Assembly: GCA_002633005.1 (NCBI GenBank)
Contig: NMRA01000188.1
Coordinates: 294,921-358,920, forward strand
Origin: Phoronis australis
Lineage: Eukaryota > Animalia > Phoronida
Reading direction: 5' to 3'
Length of the DNA stretch: 64,000 nucleotides
A model generated the notes under the pieces. The model was not told the DNA's origin. It saw nothing but the letters and a program-made list of their open reading frames with translations, and ran no database searches. Positions 34,801 to 45,975 of this stretch are shown here, in pieces. The first letter of the stretch is position 1. Every line of letters begins with the position of its first letter. The translations under genes and the position numbers were made by a program.

Positions 34801-37420
34801 ACACTAGCCGCGAAGTGCGGTCTTGCCGTGAAGAGAAATCAAACGGAATTTACAGTCTTACACGAATGCGGTAGAATACCAGATCATTGCTGTCTAATTT
34901 TTATCTTCCATTTCAGAAGTTCCATCGTCCTCATGACGTTGCAGTGGACAAACTTGGAAGGAATGTTTATGTTGCTGAAATTGGCCCAAACAAAGTGTGG
35001 AGGTTCAAAACAGTGAAGGATGACATAACTATAGGTAATATGGGTTCACCAAGCAGACTATGTGTGGTTTCATTCTCTTTTTTCTCCAGGTTGCTGGAAC
35101 AAAATTCCACTCTCAAAACTAGTGTCCCAGATTATCATCCAGGTGTTTTTGTTAAGGTAGGATGCGTTGGAGATGTTTATAGGAAATTTCACCAACAGAA
35201 CAATTTCAGCAGGAACTTAAACTACAAAATTCCCCCAACAACTTTGTCAGGGTTCATGGTTCACTGTAAGAATGTTTCTTATGGAGCAGTTATAACAATT
35301 GCAGAAACATTCAAGGAAGTTTTCTGACGGCATATCAATGAGATGTCCTTTAGGTTATGCGTAAGCCTGGAAAATGTCAAATTTGGGTAACTCCATCAGG
35401 CTATATCACAGAAATGGCTGGTCAACTTAACCATGAAACTTCCAGTTTCTATGATTCACACACAGTGTTCCAAAAGTTGAGTAAGAATTTTAAGTGTATC
35501 GTTATTTGCATTTTATAAGAAGCTTGGTACTTTTATGAAAAAATCCGAAGTTCCATAAGATTAAAACAAACATTTTTAACTAGCGTTTTTGAGATTTCAT
35601 CGTGAGTATTCTGTCATCAAATTTTGTCATGTTGTAGATTCAGATATCCCAGGATTGTTTTACATGACAGCATCTTTCTCCTTGTCAAGATTTACTTGTG
35701 GCAGAATGCTAGGACGTCTAAAATTCAATTTTACAATCACGCTTTCTCCTTTCACAAAATATGCTTTTACTGAGTTCAACTGTCTAGTTTTTTTGTTCTT
35801 CATGTTGGTAACTATATGCCAACTCAATGCAAGGACTTTCTAATGAGTGTCACTTAACCCTGTCATAATGTTCTGAATTGACACGTTCAAATACTGTTGA
35901 GTGGCTGCTGTCATACACTCTGTAGTTGTCATGTACCTTTATCATACACTCTACATTGTAGTTGCCACCAAGAAGGAGGAGCTGGACGGAAAACCTGGCA
36001 TCTCAATGGACGCTGAAGACTCACCTGACAACGGTGATGAGATCGTGGACCAAGGGGGCATACCGGCATACATCATTGGCTGTGCTCTGATTGTACCTGT
36101 TGTTCTAATTGTCATTGTATTAGTCATTCTTCGACTGAAGCGAGCTGGTGAGTTGGTGGCGTTACATGGTTTTCTTGCAAAGGGTTCATTAATCTCATTT
36201 TTATGAGAGTTTATTCATCGGGGTTGTTCTCATTATTGTCGCACCCTTTTACACCAAGAATACTGTGATAACAGACAATTAATATTATACTCACTGAGCA
36301 CGCGGGCAAACACAGAATTTAAAATCAAATGTCACATTTCCCTGTCCACGCCTCTATACTACACACTGTCTCCTACAGGTGCTGAGTATTGCAGTGACTT
36401 AGGATAGTATATGCACTGGCTGAATACTAGGAATAGTCTGATATTTTTTTCTCTCCACTCTTAGAACCTCTGTTGACAACCTATCAAACTACATGCTAGG
36501 AGTTTTTCAACAATACATTTTTGGGGTGTAAAATCACGTTACTGTGTTTCACAGAAAGAAGTGGCATTTGGTTTGTGAGTGTTCTCTATGATAAATGAGA
36601 AGTTTGATGCCTACTACTAGCAGGTGTGTTGACGTGACTTTTGAAAAACTCCTCGTATTTGCATAGCTAAGTTTGTGTGTGTAACTTTATTAGTTTTCAT
36701 TTTTTCTATAATAATTCATTTGTGTAATGTTTACCTGTTTCCCATAATACTTTTTCGTTAATTTAAAAAGTCCAATCCAATGCTTTGTGTTGCTGACAGC
36801 GTACGTTGTACTTGCCAATCGTTCCACTCTTGGCGGACTTGACTATCTCACTTTTTGAAATGTTTTCCTGCCAGCCCGCCACACCGTCACAATGTGCCTC
36901 TTTAACACCCGATGAGAATATCACATGATCATGTACTATCATTGTAATTCTCTAGTGTGTCATGTGACGCACTCTCAAGCATCTGCTTGAGTATTCACAG
37001 TTACGTTGTTTTTGTTGGCAACAAAAATAGAATCTTAGGAATATTACGAGACCGAATTTGATGAGAGGAAAGTGATTAGCGTTAATTCAGTTTTAGCTAC
37101 GGAGTGAAATACAGCTTCAACCAATCACACTGTATGATTGAGTACATAAATTTAGTGCTATGCAATTGGTCAATTTTGGTGTAGAGAGTGGACCTTGGGG
37201 CCCAAGTCTGTAACAAAACGATTTGATTCCATGTGTTTTCACCTCAGGCAAGTTCAACGTTTGGACAGTGAACAAGTATGATGAGAGGCGTGGCTTCAGC
37301 ATTGGCAAGCTCTTCAACCGTCATCATGGCTTTGACCCACTCAACACAGAGGAACTGGAGCACTTGACAGACAGCGATGGGGAGGAGATTGAAGAGTTCA
37401 GCAGCCAGAGAAAGCTATGA
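10648..37420 (+). CDS. PAM: Bifunctional peptidylglycine alpha-amidating monooxygenase (PHM+PAL, type I membrane), 18 coding exons, ~1081 aa long isoform
   Basis: Manual splicing of 18 GT-AG exons sums to 3246 nt (1081 aa + stop) with every phase matching. CuH ligands (AHHM, QVHY), CuM ligands (RTHAH, EMCNFY), PAL Zn ligands (MPHGL, LPHGL, RPHDV), catalytic DGYCN Tyr and ADREN Arg, TM helix and acidic tail are all present. Confidence 0.96.
12008..12169 (+). mobile_element. Short MITE (CAGGGGCGGAT…ATCCTCCCTG) flanked by GAACA direct repeat
   Basis: Inverted termini; about 95 bp shared with the inverted copy at 51210-51304. Confidence 0.6.
15860..16002 (+). CDS. PAM: PAM exon 2 (EDYYVCTS…[10 protein letters not shown]…KMW), CuH His-His
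   Basis: CACAG acceptor, GTAAGA donor, phase 0/2; not in the ORF track. Confidence 0.95.
17116..17396. repeat. Intronic tandem repeats: 51-bp x2, then ~55-bp x3
   Basis: GTGGCAGTTGATTATTG…GACACGTT duplicated, followed by CTTGTAGAGCCTGACC…TAAAATGACA units. Confidence 0.85.
18068..18156 (+). CDS. PAM: PAM exon 3 ([29 protein letters not shown])
   Basis: [12 protein letters not shown] motif; phase 2/1; CCAG acceptor, GTAAAC donor. Confidence 0.95.
19328..19405 (+). CDS. PAM: PAM exon 4 (DVGFHIG…[12 protein letters not shown]), third CuH His
   Basis: VGF..G and LVLQVHY motifs; phase 1/1; GTAAGT donor. Confidence 0.95.
20320..20672. repeat. ~30-bp pyrimidine-rich minisatellite just upstream of PAM exon 5
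   Basis: Repeated CTGCCCTGACA(TT/GG)TTTCTTCCACCC units; explains the repetitive ORFs in several frames; single N at 20543. Confidence 0.9.
20738..20789 (+). CDS. PAM: PAM exon 5 ([18 protein letters not shown])
   Basis: D.SGV.L motif; TTACAG acceptor, GTGAGT donor; phase 1/2. Confidence 0.92.
22922..22989 (+). CDS. PAM: PAM exon 6 ([22 protein letters not shown])
   Basis: AG..L and IP motifs; TTCAG acceptor, GTAGGT donor; phase 2/1. Confidence 0.92.
24063..24146 (+). CDS. PAM: PAM exon 7 (…DISC…[13 protein letters not shown]), CuM HxH
   Basis: FAFRTHAH motif; phase 1/1; GTAATT donor. Confidence 0.96.
   Translation: MSMAISPAHFLAVPLYTRLPSGHMPTR
24803..24930 (+). CDS. PAM: PAM exon 8 (VVITGY…[15 protein letters not shown]…PGDYL)
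   Basis: PQLPQAFYP motif; phase 1/0; GTATGT donor. Confidence 0.96.
25011..25242. repeat. 46-bp minisatellite, 5 near-identical copies
   Basis: TCTTGGAAATGACTGTAATGGTTAAATGTAATGACTGGTCTGGTTG starting at 25011, 25057, 25103, 25149 and 25195. Confidence 0.95.
25564..25616 (+). CDS. PAM: PAM exon 9 ([18 protein letters not shown])
   Basis: ARCTY motif; phase 0/2; GTAAGT donor. Confidence 0.95.
25895..26946 (+). CDS. PAM: PAM exon 10: PHM end ([11 protein letters not shown], CuM Met) plus ~300 aa His/Gly-rich linker
   Basis: Open frame 25878-26981; CCAG acceptor; phase-1 GTAAGT donor at 26947 fits exon 11. Alternative phase-1 donors at 26173 and 26239 make the 3' boundary uncertain. Confidence 0.85.
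30224..30353 (+). CDS. PAM: PAM exon 11, PAL start (NWP…[10 protein letters not shown]…[11 protein letters not shown])
   Basis: GQV.G and FHRG..W PAL motifs; phase 1/2. Confidence 0.95.
31659..31845 (+). CDS. PAM: PAM exon 12 (…[24 protein letters not shown])
   Basis: NHL repeat with Zn-ligand His; phase 2/0. Confidence 0.96.
32241..32466 (+). CDS. PAM: PAM exon 13 (…[10 protein letters not shown]…[16 protein letters not shown]…)
   Basis: Catalytic Tyr motif DGYCN; phase 0/1; GTAAGT donor. Confidence 0.96.
33123..33320 (+). CDS. PAM: PAM exon 14 (…FNLPHGLAL…[13 protein letters not shown]…)
   Basis: ADREN.RIQCF motif; phase 1/1; tandem CAGAAG acceptor. Confidence 0.96.
34055..34155 (+). CDS. 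PAM: PAM exon 15 ([10 protein letters not shown]…[11 protein letters not shown])
   Basis: TTTGCAG acceptor, GTAATG donor; phase 1/0. Confidence 0.92.
34368..34700. repeat. 13-bp C-rich tandem repeat (CCTTCCCACCCCA)n spanning an assembly gap (N 34425-34638)
   Basis: The same unit is present on both sides of the N run. Confidence 0.9.
34917..35034 (+). CDS. PAM: PAM exon 16 ([10 protein letters not shown]…[14 protein letters not shown]…)
   Basis: PHD.AV and VYV.EIGP PAL-terminal motifs; phase 0/1. Confidence 0.95.
35962..36147 (+). CDS. PAM: PAM exon 17: KK site, acidic spacer, transmembrane helix, RLKR stop-transfer
   Basis: [21 protein letters not shown] hydrophobic run; phase 1/1; GTGAGT donor. 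Confidence 0.93.
37248..37420 (+). CDS. PAM: PAM exon 18: cytosolic tail (…GFDPLNTEE…[11 protein letters not shown]…RKL*)
   Basis: CTCAG acceptor, phase 1; resembles the GFD..xTE plus acidic cluster of vertebrate PAM tails; TGA ends at 37420. Confidence 0.92.
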
Positions 37421-38854
37421 GGGCGGGGCCAGAACTGTGGTTGGTCACGCCCAGTTTTGTTGTACTATGTTGCAACATAAGATTGACTGTGCGATTAAAA
37501 ATTTGCACAAATTCTCAGTATTGTCCCACCTTATTAAACTTCAGCTGATTTTTTAAAAATTTCATTTGTTTGCAACAAGTATTGCTATTTTTCTCAACAT
37601 TATCGTAATTCAGCTGAAATAAGTGAATGCTAGGCAGCAATGTAGAATTGAAATATTTTATATTAAAGCGAAGTGGTGCTTAAGGGCTGTTAATTCACTC
37701 AATTCATTCATACGCTTCACGTTTTAGACAAAACTTTGTTTTACTATCAGTGTTAAAGGGTGCATTTTTATTGTTGGCACCTAACTGTTGTGCAAGCCAT
37801 GATATTCTACAAAATTAATGTAATTTGAAACCACATTGATGGTCGATGCCCTTCTGTGTTGATGGCTATATGGCCTCTGCAACAGACTTTTGTTTCTCAT
37901 TGTGTGCTTAAAAATGATGTGCAATTATGGATTTATTTTTGTAGGTTTCGACTAATTTTTGAAAAAATACAATTATTATTAGAATTATTACGTGTCCCAC
38001 AGTTAAATTTTTGTGAGCATTCAATTTCAGGTTGTTGTGCCTGCCATTATTTATAAGGCCCTCATCTGGGTCTAGTGTGTAATCTCTGCACTCGGAAATC
38101 GACTCGAAAGTTGCCACGCTTTGAGCAAACTTACAAGCTTTTACTCTAATTTTGTGGCGTCATTGGTTACGTTTCGAGACTTGAATGGAGTTCACAGAGA
38201 CCCTATTCCTTTATCTACCATGCTTGTTGTTTTGGAAACTACAAAGCACACTCTGTTGGTGACCTCTGAAATAGGGCAAGTTACATGTAGTCCTTCCTGT
38301 GTTCTGTGTTTATACGCAGGATATTTTGGCTTAGTTGCTTCTTTCTTATTTTATTTTTCTTTGAGAGGTTATTGACCCAGCCGAAACAGATATCACTGTA
38401 TTTGTCACAGTGGAATTGACCTAGACAGCATTCCATCTGTAAGAGATACGACTTAAAAATGTCATCACTGGAATTCAGAAATTGAGAGTGCTGGTCAAAT
38501 CCTCAAAATGCTGGTTGAAAATTTGACTACCACGCTGCCATGGATCCCAGGTGAGAGCCCTGATTTGTTGAGAGGTCAAACAAGAGAGACTGGAGGGACC
38601 ACTACAGCTTCAGAATCTTCGCTTGTTGGAAATTGCCGCTTTTCATATAGGTTAACCGTTCACCGTACTGATCAGAATAGTAGCTTTGCACTCAGATTTC
38701 TATTCCTTGTGTTCGTGCTCTCTAAGAAGAGTAGGCAATATTGTTGACCTGTTCTGTAACTTGAAATTTGTTTGCATTAACCTGTAGCTTTTATGGCATG
38801 GGCAAACTTGAAAGGTTGGCTTTTTGACAAGGCTCTTTTTTCGATGGTAACTGA

Positions 38855-39034
38855 TTTAGGTATTGTATTCACTATTATCCAAGCAATAGAGCAGGCATAA
38901 AAGTTGAATATGTCCTCATAATTCTCGCTTCAGATTAACTTGGGTTTAGGCATTGTATTCACTATTATCCAAGCAATAGAGACCTACAGGCATAAAAGTT
39001 GAACGTGTCCTCATAATTCTCGCTTCAGATTAAC
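38855..39034. repeat. ~90-bp direct tandem duplication in the presumed PAM 3' UTR
   Basis: TTTAGG.ATTGTATTCACTATTATCCAAGCAATAGAG…CGCTTCAGATTAAC at 38855 and 38945. Confidence 0.9.
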
Positions 39035-39549
39035 GTGTCCTTGTGCTTTTGTTTGAAAATTTTGAGATCTGATTAAATTGCCAGTCGGTGATTTGCTTAA
39101 GGTACATGTATGACGTGTTCACTATTTATTGGTTTTACCAACAACTGTATTGTATTAGGAATTAATTTAACTTCACTTTGGCAAAGTTTGAAGTGTGCGC
39201 TGAACCAAAATAATCTAACTGTGTATCAGTGGTAACATTTAGATCTTAGTCTTGTCGTTATTTCCAGGCGAACCTACAGTGTATGCCAAGGGTCGATGCT
39301 CAAATCATCAATGCCTTGTTTCATACAGATAGCCAGAGTGTGTGGAATTTGTCCCTAATTTATACCTCCGATATCTTGGTCACCTTTTGAAGAGACCTGT
39401 TGGTTACTTGGTATGTGGTGACTCTTTACACTGCAAAATTGCAGCCGATGTAACTTTGGTGGTTTTGCCAAGTTGAAATGCATTTGGTTGTTCAAGAACA
39501 GAGCCTACTGTTCTGTTACCACTGCGGTGACATCACAGATTATACGTGA

Positions 39550-39742
39550 AATAAAAGATCTTGATAAACGCTTTAATGAGTTATATTTATACAATCATAA
39601 TTTGGCAGTCAAGTTTTTCATCAGTGATGGCAGTGAAAGGTATACACAAAAATTGCCAGTAGTAGCAGTAACACTATCTAGTAATGATGAAGGATTAAAT
39701 TAACCCAGATATAATTCATTGTATCGAAGATTTCGTAATAAA
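39550..39742 (+). terminator. Candidate PAM polyadenylation signals (AATAAA at 39550 and 39737)
   Basis: Canonical hexamers about 2.1-2.3 kb after the stop; usage is unproven. Confidence 0.35.
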
Positions 39743-42700
39743 CATTATAAAAAAAGGATTAAATTCCTTTACAAAGTCACAGTGGCTATAAACCTGCATG
39801 ACAATCGTCACAACTACCAGTTCTTTTTTTAAGACCAAAAATCACTTGTCATCTGAGTAGAACAAAATGAGATCAATTTTATGGGTAAGCGGACTAAATC
39901 ATTATTTAGTGTTTTTCGATGTAACGCGGATTTATTGATCTTTCATTGCTCAGTACAGGTGAACATAACCAGCAGAAAAGTTATTAGCTGCGGTTTTTTT
40001 CCGAAGGATGAACAGCCATTGCTTCAACTGCCAGTAAATGCTGGAGGAAAACTCGTGCTAATACCACTTAGCCATCTGATGTTGATAGCCTGTTGTGAGA
40101 TAACTTTAGTAGCACGCCCTGTGTCTATGGCACGATAAAGGATCATCAGAGCAATGTCCCAGAGCTTAATTCTAGTAAACGGGCTCAGTAACATTGTGTC
40201 GTAAGCACACGTCATTGTTTCAGTTTGTTCAGAATAATATGCAATTTAAATTCTGATTTTAGCACAATGACTATGCAGACTGCAATGGCCAAAAGTAATG
40301 TTCTGCCAACCTCGCCATTCTGTCAAGCATGGCAATCTAACTTATCTTTCGTCAATGTTCGTCCCTCTTCACCGTCGTAATTTTAAATTGCTTGCAAAAC
40401 TACGGTTGTTCTCCTCATGGGAGACGGCGGTCTTGTACCTTACGTTAATTTGCCCGCCGTCCGCCTGGTCTGTCGTCTGTCATTTCCATGGTTTAGAACT
40501 ATTCATGCCCAAGACTGCCCAAGATGACGCTGCACCCAGTTTCCAATTCATTATATCATTAGTGCTTCAAAGAGTGCGTGGCCTGTGGCAAATTGAGGAT
40601 TGCAACATCAGTTGGTGGTCTAACAATGCTCCTTCTGTTTCATTTGTATGCGCCCATTATGGCGTCATTCCTGTCCGTCCGTGTGGCGTCCGCTGGTTGT
40701 ATCTCAAAAGCATTTTAAAATTCATGAAATTTTGCATGAAATGTCACATTTCTTTTTAGTCGAACGGGAAAATAGTGCTATGTTGCATGGAAATTATTTT
40801 TAGAATATGATATGTCAGTGTCACCTTATGTCAAAAAGCGAGGCATTTTGATGGTGTGGTGAGATGGCGGGAAGAAGTTCAAAAACTGGGATAGTCCGCA
40901 AACAGCGGGACAACTGTTAAGTACAATGAAAGTCAGCAACACAAAGAACTGGATTGGATTGTTTTACGAGCTAAACTTTTCATTTTTTGAATTTTATTTC
41001 ATACAACATATAACATTCATTGCTCAGACCGAATTGAATTAGCAAAAAAGTACCCGAGCAACAGATAAACATCTCACAAATAATTTAAAACTGCATTACG
41101 GTAAAGACACTCAAAATTAATTCCAATAGAAAAAATTCATTCTTGGACGAATCTCGCGAAACATCATTTTTGTGGTGTCCGAATTAGGCGGACCTCCAAA
41201 TTTGGATTTCCGCTCGTGTCCGAATTTCGTGGGTGTACATTATTTCGATGAGCGGTCGTAGTATCAACATTGCTGGCTCGGTCATTTGATAGCAGTATAA
41301 TTGCTGGTCAATGGGACTCAAACGGTCTGCGCCATTAATTTTTGAAAAACTGGCTTTCCCAATAAGAAATGTGGGTTGTCGACGCACAAAGAACGTCCCC
41401 GACAAGTGTTGGTTCTTCTTTTCAAAACTGCACTTTCTCAATATGGGAGAATTTAGCCACTGACAAGGGCATTTGCAAAGGCCAGGACATTTTTAAAATA
41501 AAAAGTTTCGTAAGCACCCAAGTTGGTGTCAGGTGTGCAAGTTCAATGTGACAGTCGGAAGTCGAACACCACGGTCTAATTAAACCAGAGCAAATGTCAA
41601 GCTACAACGAAAAGTTGCAGCCTTCAGTGTATTTCCCATTTGTATTTTCATCAGATATTTTCGTCATGCCGGACTCGGTGATTCTCTTCATAGATAAAGC
41701 GCCAAACACAAGATAAACGCAAGACAATCGAGTAACGGTCATGACATCGTCAAGAGAAGGTAAAAATTACAGAGCCCGTTATACCGATTCTCGGATTCAA
41801 TCCTTATAGAGTAGTAATCATCCATCGAACGCTTTATGATACGAGAGTTGCGTTGATCCGAAATTAGCGTTTTTAAAATGTTCCTTGTCCGAAAGTCGCG
41901 GGACAGAAATCCGATGTTTAGTATGACATTGTTCGAAATTCGAGGATCATTGAAAAACAGTTTTTGGACCTTGTACGAATTACGTGGACTATGAAAAACT
42001 CATTTCGGAAATATTTATTCTTGTCCCAAAATGGCGGGCCGTCCGAAAATCGCGCGACTTTACGTAATTTGTGCAAACCCAAACACGCACATACACTTTG
42101 CTACGCAAATACGAGTAGTTTTTCGAAAGTCGCGTAAATATACCAGCTAGCCGGGACTAAACTTATATTTGCAAAACACACTCAGAAACCAATTGTCGCT
42201 TTTCCGCCCCATAAATACAGTAACACGACTTATACACCCAACAATATTTTATTGAAAAACTCCGAACATGTACATGTAGTTTGATAAGTGTCCAAATTTG
42301 TTCTAAGACTGGAGATGAAAAAATACCACAGGCCAGCACTTGGTTGACTTCGCCGGTCGCATCGGGCCCATTGGCTAAGACATTTGATTGTTGGTACACA
42401 GGAATTTGTGATTTGCGATGACGGCCGCCCATGCACGGTGCGTTCAGTAGACGCTAGGACCTACGCTAGGACCTAGCCAAAAGCTAGTCAAGGTCACGTG
42501 CTCTTATTTAAAATACACGGCAATATCAAGCGTAATCTCGCAGAGTCTTGCTTTTAAGCTAGGTCCTAGCGTTACTGAATGGGAGGCGAATGCAGCAGGC
42601 CGCTGTGAACTATTAGTCATATACATGTAGTTAGTAAAACCTCGCTGAGGTGCGTTGATGTTTCGAATCTTTCATGTGAAAAGTCTATACACGTCTTCAC

Positions 42701-43396
42701 TGAAACTTTCAAAAATTATTGACGTGATTATTCCGATTTCAAAAATAGTGTGGAATAGATGTACGAAAATGTAAATAATTAATTTTTGTAAAATTTAGCA
42801 ATAACACTCTAATTTCGACACCCGATTTAAAGTATCAGGCGTTCAAATTTAATTCTAAAATATCTTCTCTCTGGAAACTTTTGTTCACACAAATAAGTCT
42901 AGTTTGATTTTTCTTGCATTTTATTGAAAAAGTGTGAAAATCTGCTCCCAAATTTCACTTACAGTATGACATTAGATGGGGGTTATATGACATTACTCGA
43001 CACCTTGTGAATATGCCGTGGATAACTTTTGACAGGCATCGTGTGGTAATGTTTAAGGTAGCAAACACTCTTGAGAAATGTAATTAGGGAAATAATGGAA
43101 CGGAAGTTATTTTCATAGCTTCTTTTTCTGTAAGCTGAGTGTCGCGCGAATGTGCTATACTGAGAACCTTAGCGACTTCAAATATTATTCATTGAATGGA
43201 AACGCTGCAATTGTGAATTTATTTATATTGTATTTTGAATTAGTTCCTGCTATTGTGTGTATGTGGGGATGTCGTAAATTACCAGGTGCCTATTTACTGG
43301 AAATAGATCATGCTGTTGTGTGAAAAAGCCTTTTACATATATAGTGTAAATCCAGTATCATCAGTGGACCTACATGCACCCAACTTAAAAAGCCCT

Positions 43397-45892
43397 TCAA
43401 CCATAACATTTAAGATGCCCCAACTGTTAAATCCCTTTTTCGTCATTGTGTCCCAAATCTCCAAACGCCATTTTTGAGACAGGAAGAACGTTCTTATCGG
43501 TAATCAACCCCGAATCAGATGTCCAGTAATAACCGTTGTAATCGCAGTTGCACCGCATATTTCCAATGCATTTATTTTTTGATGCACAAGCACAGCTCCT
43601 GCTACCAGGTGTCGCCCCAGCCCAATAGTCCTGCAAAATGCCGTCACGAAAGTAAAACCCTCCATTTTGACCACCGCCAAGCACAGAGTTAAGGCATTCA
43701 TACAAAGCGTACTGTGTACAGTGATGAGAATTTTCAATAACTTTCATCATTTGTTGAATGGAGTGTGAGTAACTGACTGAAACAACACAGCAGAGAGGGC
43801 ATTCGCAGTTCCCCGCGTCTGCTTTCTCTTCCCTGTCGTGGTGAAATATGGTCACGGCGTCTTCAGTCGGTGCATTCATTTTGCATTCCACTTTAAACCT
43901 CATTAGATCATCTTGCTGGGACCAGTTGTCTAGAAGATACTCGCCGTAATCATTACAACCTGCCCTCTTCCAATCACCGCACGTGGCTACAAAAAACATG
44001 TCGTAAGATGACATCTAATTTTGTCCACCATTTTTGGATTTTGACACGTTACACTAAATGAATGTAGGCGACGTACAGTGACAACGTTATATTGCTATCA
44101 AAAACTCAAAACTTAAAACCTAGCAAACTTAACTGACGTAAAATGGTGATTGGTATTTCCCAGAAGAACCACGTGTGCAGCTTCAGCATAAAATTTGTTT
44201 CTAAATTAAAAATGTTACTATAATTTAAATCGATGTTAATCAATTGACTTTCAGAGTTCGTGAACACCGAGAACGTGTAAAGCAGTCGTTTCGAACGAGA
44301 ACTCGTTTAAACAGTCCAAGAATGTACACAGATTCCTTCAACGATTTTCATATAATCACAGATCATCCGAGAAGTGTTATACGTCGTGGCATTACGTCAC
44401 GGTAATCAATGTGTAACGCAGGTGGCAGACATAATGTCAGGGGGTAAGAGGTGAATGGGGGACAACGGAAAAATGGCGCCTCATGCTGTTTCTGAGGCGG
44501 TGGCGAACTTTCGTCGTTTGGAAATTATCATAACATAGTAAGAGTTGTCCTGGAGAAATTTTGTTCGGCATTTTTTTCGATTTGATCTCAGAGTTAAAGA
44601 GTACACTCCAACAGTTGCTGTGAATAGGAGAAGTTGGAAAACTACTACGAAAAAAATGGAAAATTATAAGATATTTGATGAAGCTTGTAACGACCAAAGT
44701 GAAACGTTACAGTAGCGTAAAGCCTAAAATACAGTCTGGTAGAAAATGTGGGTTATGGGATTTAAGGGAAAAAAATATTCCCAAAACTTTGGATTCAAGT
44801 TGTGCAGAGAACACGGATTATTTTAGACCTGACAAAATGAGCTTCATCAACGAGACTCGAAAGAGAATCATCTTTCATGTAAAAAAGTTTATTTGTGATA
44901 ATCTTGCTGGTTATAATAAATATTTCCTTTCTAGAAATGCTAAAAAGAACGTTTTGAAGTCTAACTGGACTTTGTGGCGGTACAAATTAGAAATTTGGGG
45001 GTTTCTCGTACGAAACAAAGGATATCAGTACAAGTTAAACATTTTAAAGGGCGTGAATAAATGTTCAAATATGTTGCAAACTATATCTGAATGTCATTTT
45101 TTGAAAACTTTAGAGAGAAATTTATGACAATTTTTAAGACTCCATCGATGTGTTTGGTTTTAACGGTAAGAATGATGAGTATGAAAAAATGGCTAAACAC
45201 GAATTTTCACTTCCTAGAAAGGACAGCAAACTCATACATGATCAATAAGTCAATGGCCGAATAATTCTTGAAAAAATTCTTTCACTGTGGTCTGCATATT
45301 ATTAACGTCAAAGAGGTTAAACAGTTTATCCCCGATTCCTAAAAACGAATCATAATAGTAACTGGTGCACATACATGTAACCAGTCGCGTGGATAAGCCA
45401 ATGAAGACGCGTCTAGGGCATTGGGGTAAATTATTATCTTGACTGGGGGAACGTTTAGCCAATGGGTAGCCTAAGCGACATTTTAACGAAACACTTAGCC
45501 TACTTGTACGTATGTATTGAATCAATATCTCAAACGAATGGGTAAAAAGTTTCACACTTACAGAATACTGGAATTGCCCAATAGGCCCATTCAGGTGACA
45601 ATGCCGACATTTGGTTGGCATGGTTACAACTTGGTTTGCATAATTCACACAGCCTTTGGTTCGGAGAGTAGTTCACCGCGATGCAGGACCAGGGGTTTGT
45701 GCGTCGTTTAGTGGAGCACATCAGTAGACATGCTGATAAGGATATGTTAAAACGTCTTGAAAACACGGCGTCGGTGTTCCTGCAGTCAACTGTCTGTACG
45801 AACCAATCGTTGCTATAGACGGGTTGGAGCAAAATCAGATGGTACGCGTAAAATAAAATACAACGTTTATGGACATTTATGTACGCAAACAT
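43397..45892 (-). CDS. Two-exon secreted protein: signal peptide + PAN/apple-like domain (45892-45562) + contactin-associated-protein/neurexin-IV-type fibrinogen-like domain (43986-43397); in-frame TAA at 43427-43429
   Basis: Exon 1: MFAYINVHKRCILFYAYHLILLQPVYS…SLSACLLMCS…SCIAVNYSPNQRLCEL with phase-1 GTAAGT donor. Exon 2 follows TTTTTTGTAG in phase 1: CTQYALYECLNS, YWAGATPGSRSCAC, CNCD, DSGLITDKNVLPV, FGD. After the TAA the frame continues QLGHLKCYG*. Confidence 0.8.
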
Positions 45893-45968
45893 TTCCGGTT
45901 TTTCCCTGCCTGCTGTTTTCACGACGAAAATATAGTTTGGTCTGGCTAAAATCGAAGCGGCAAAACTA

Positions 45969-45975
45969 ATTTATA
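45969..45975 (-). promoter_or_regulatory. Candidate TATA box (TATAAAT) of the PAN/Caspr-like gene
   Basis: Lies about 77 nt upstream of ATG 45892 on the minus strand; a minus-strand AATAAA lies at 43218-43223 after the stop. Confidence 0.35.

Noticed and set aside
37409-37420. C-terminal RKL as a peroxisomal PTS1
   Set aside because: Non-canonical first residue, and the protein is a signal-peptide type I membrane enzyme.
43427-44014. Calling this ORF a true CNTNAP/neurexin IV gene
   Set aside because: Only one domain is present, joined to a PAN exon; no LamG, EGF, discoidin or TM exons nearby.
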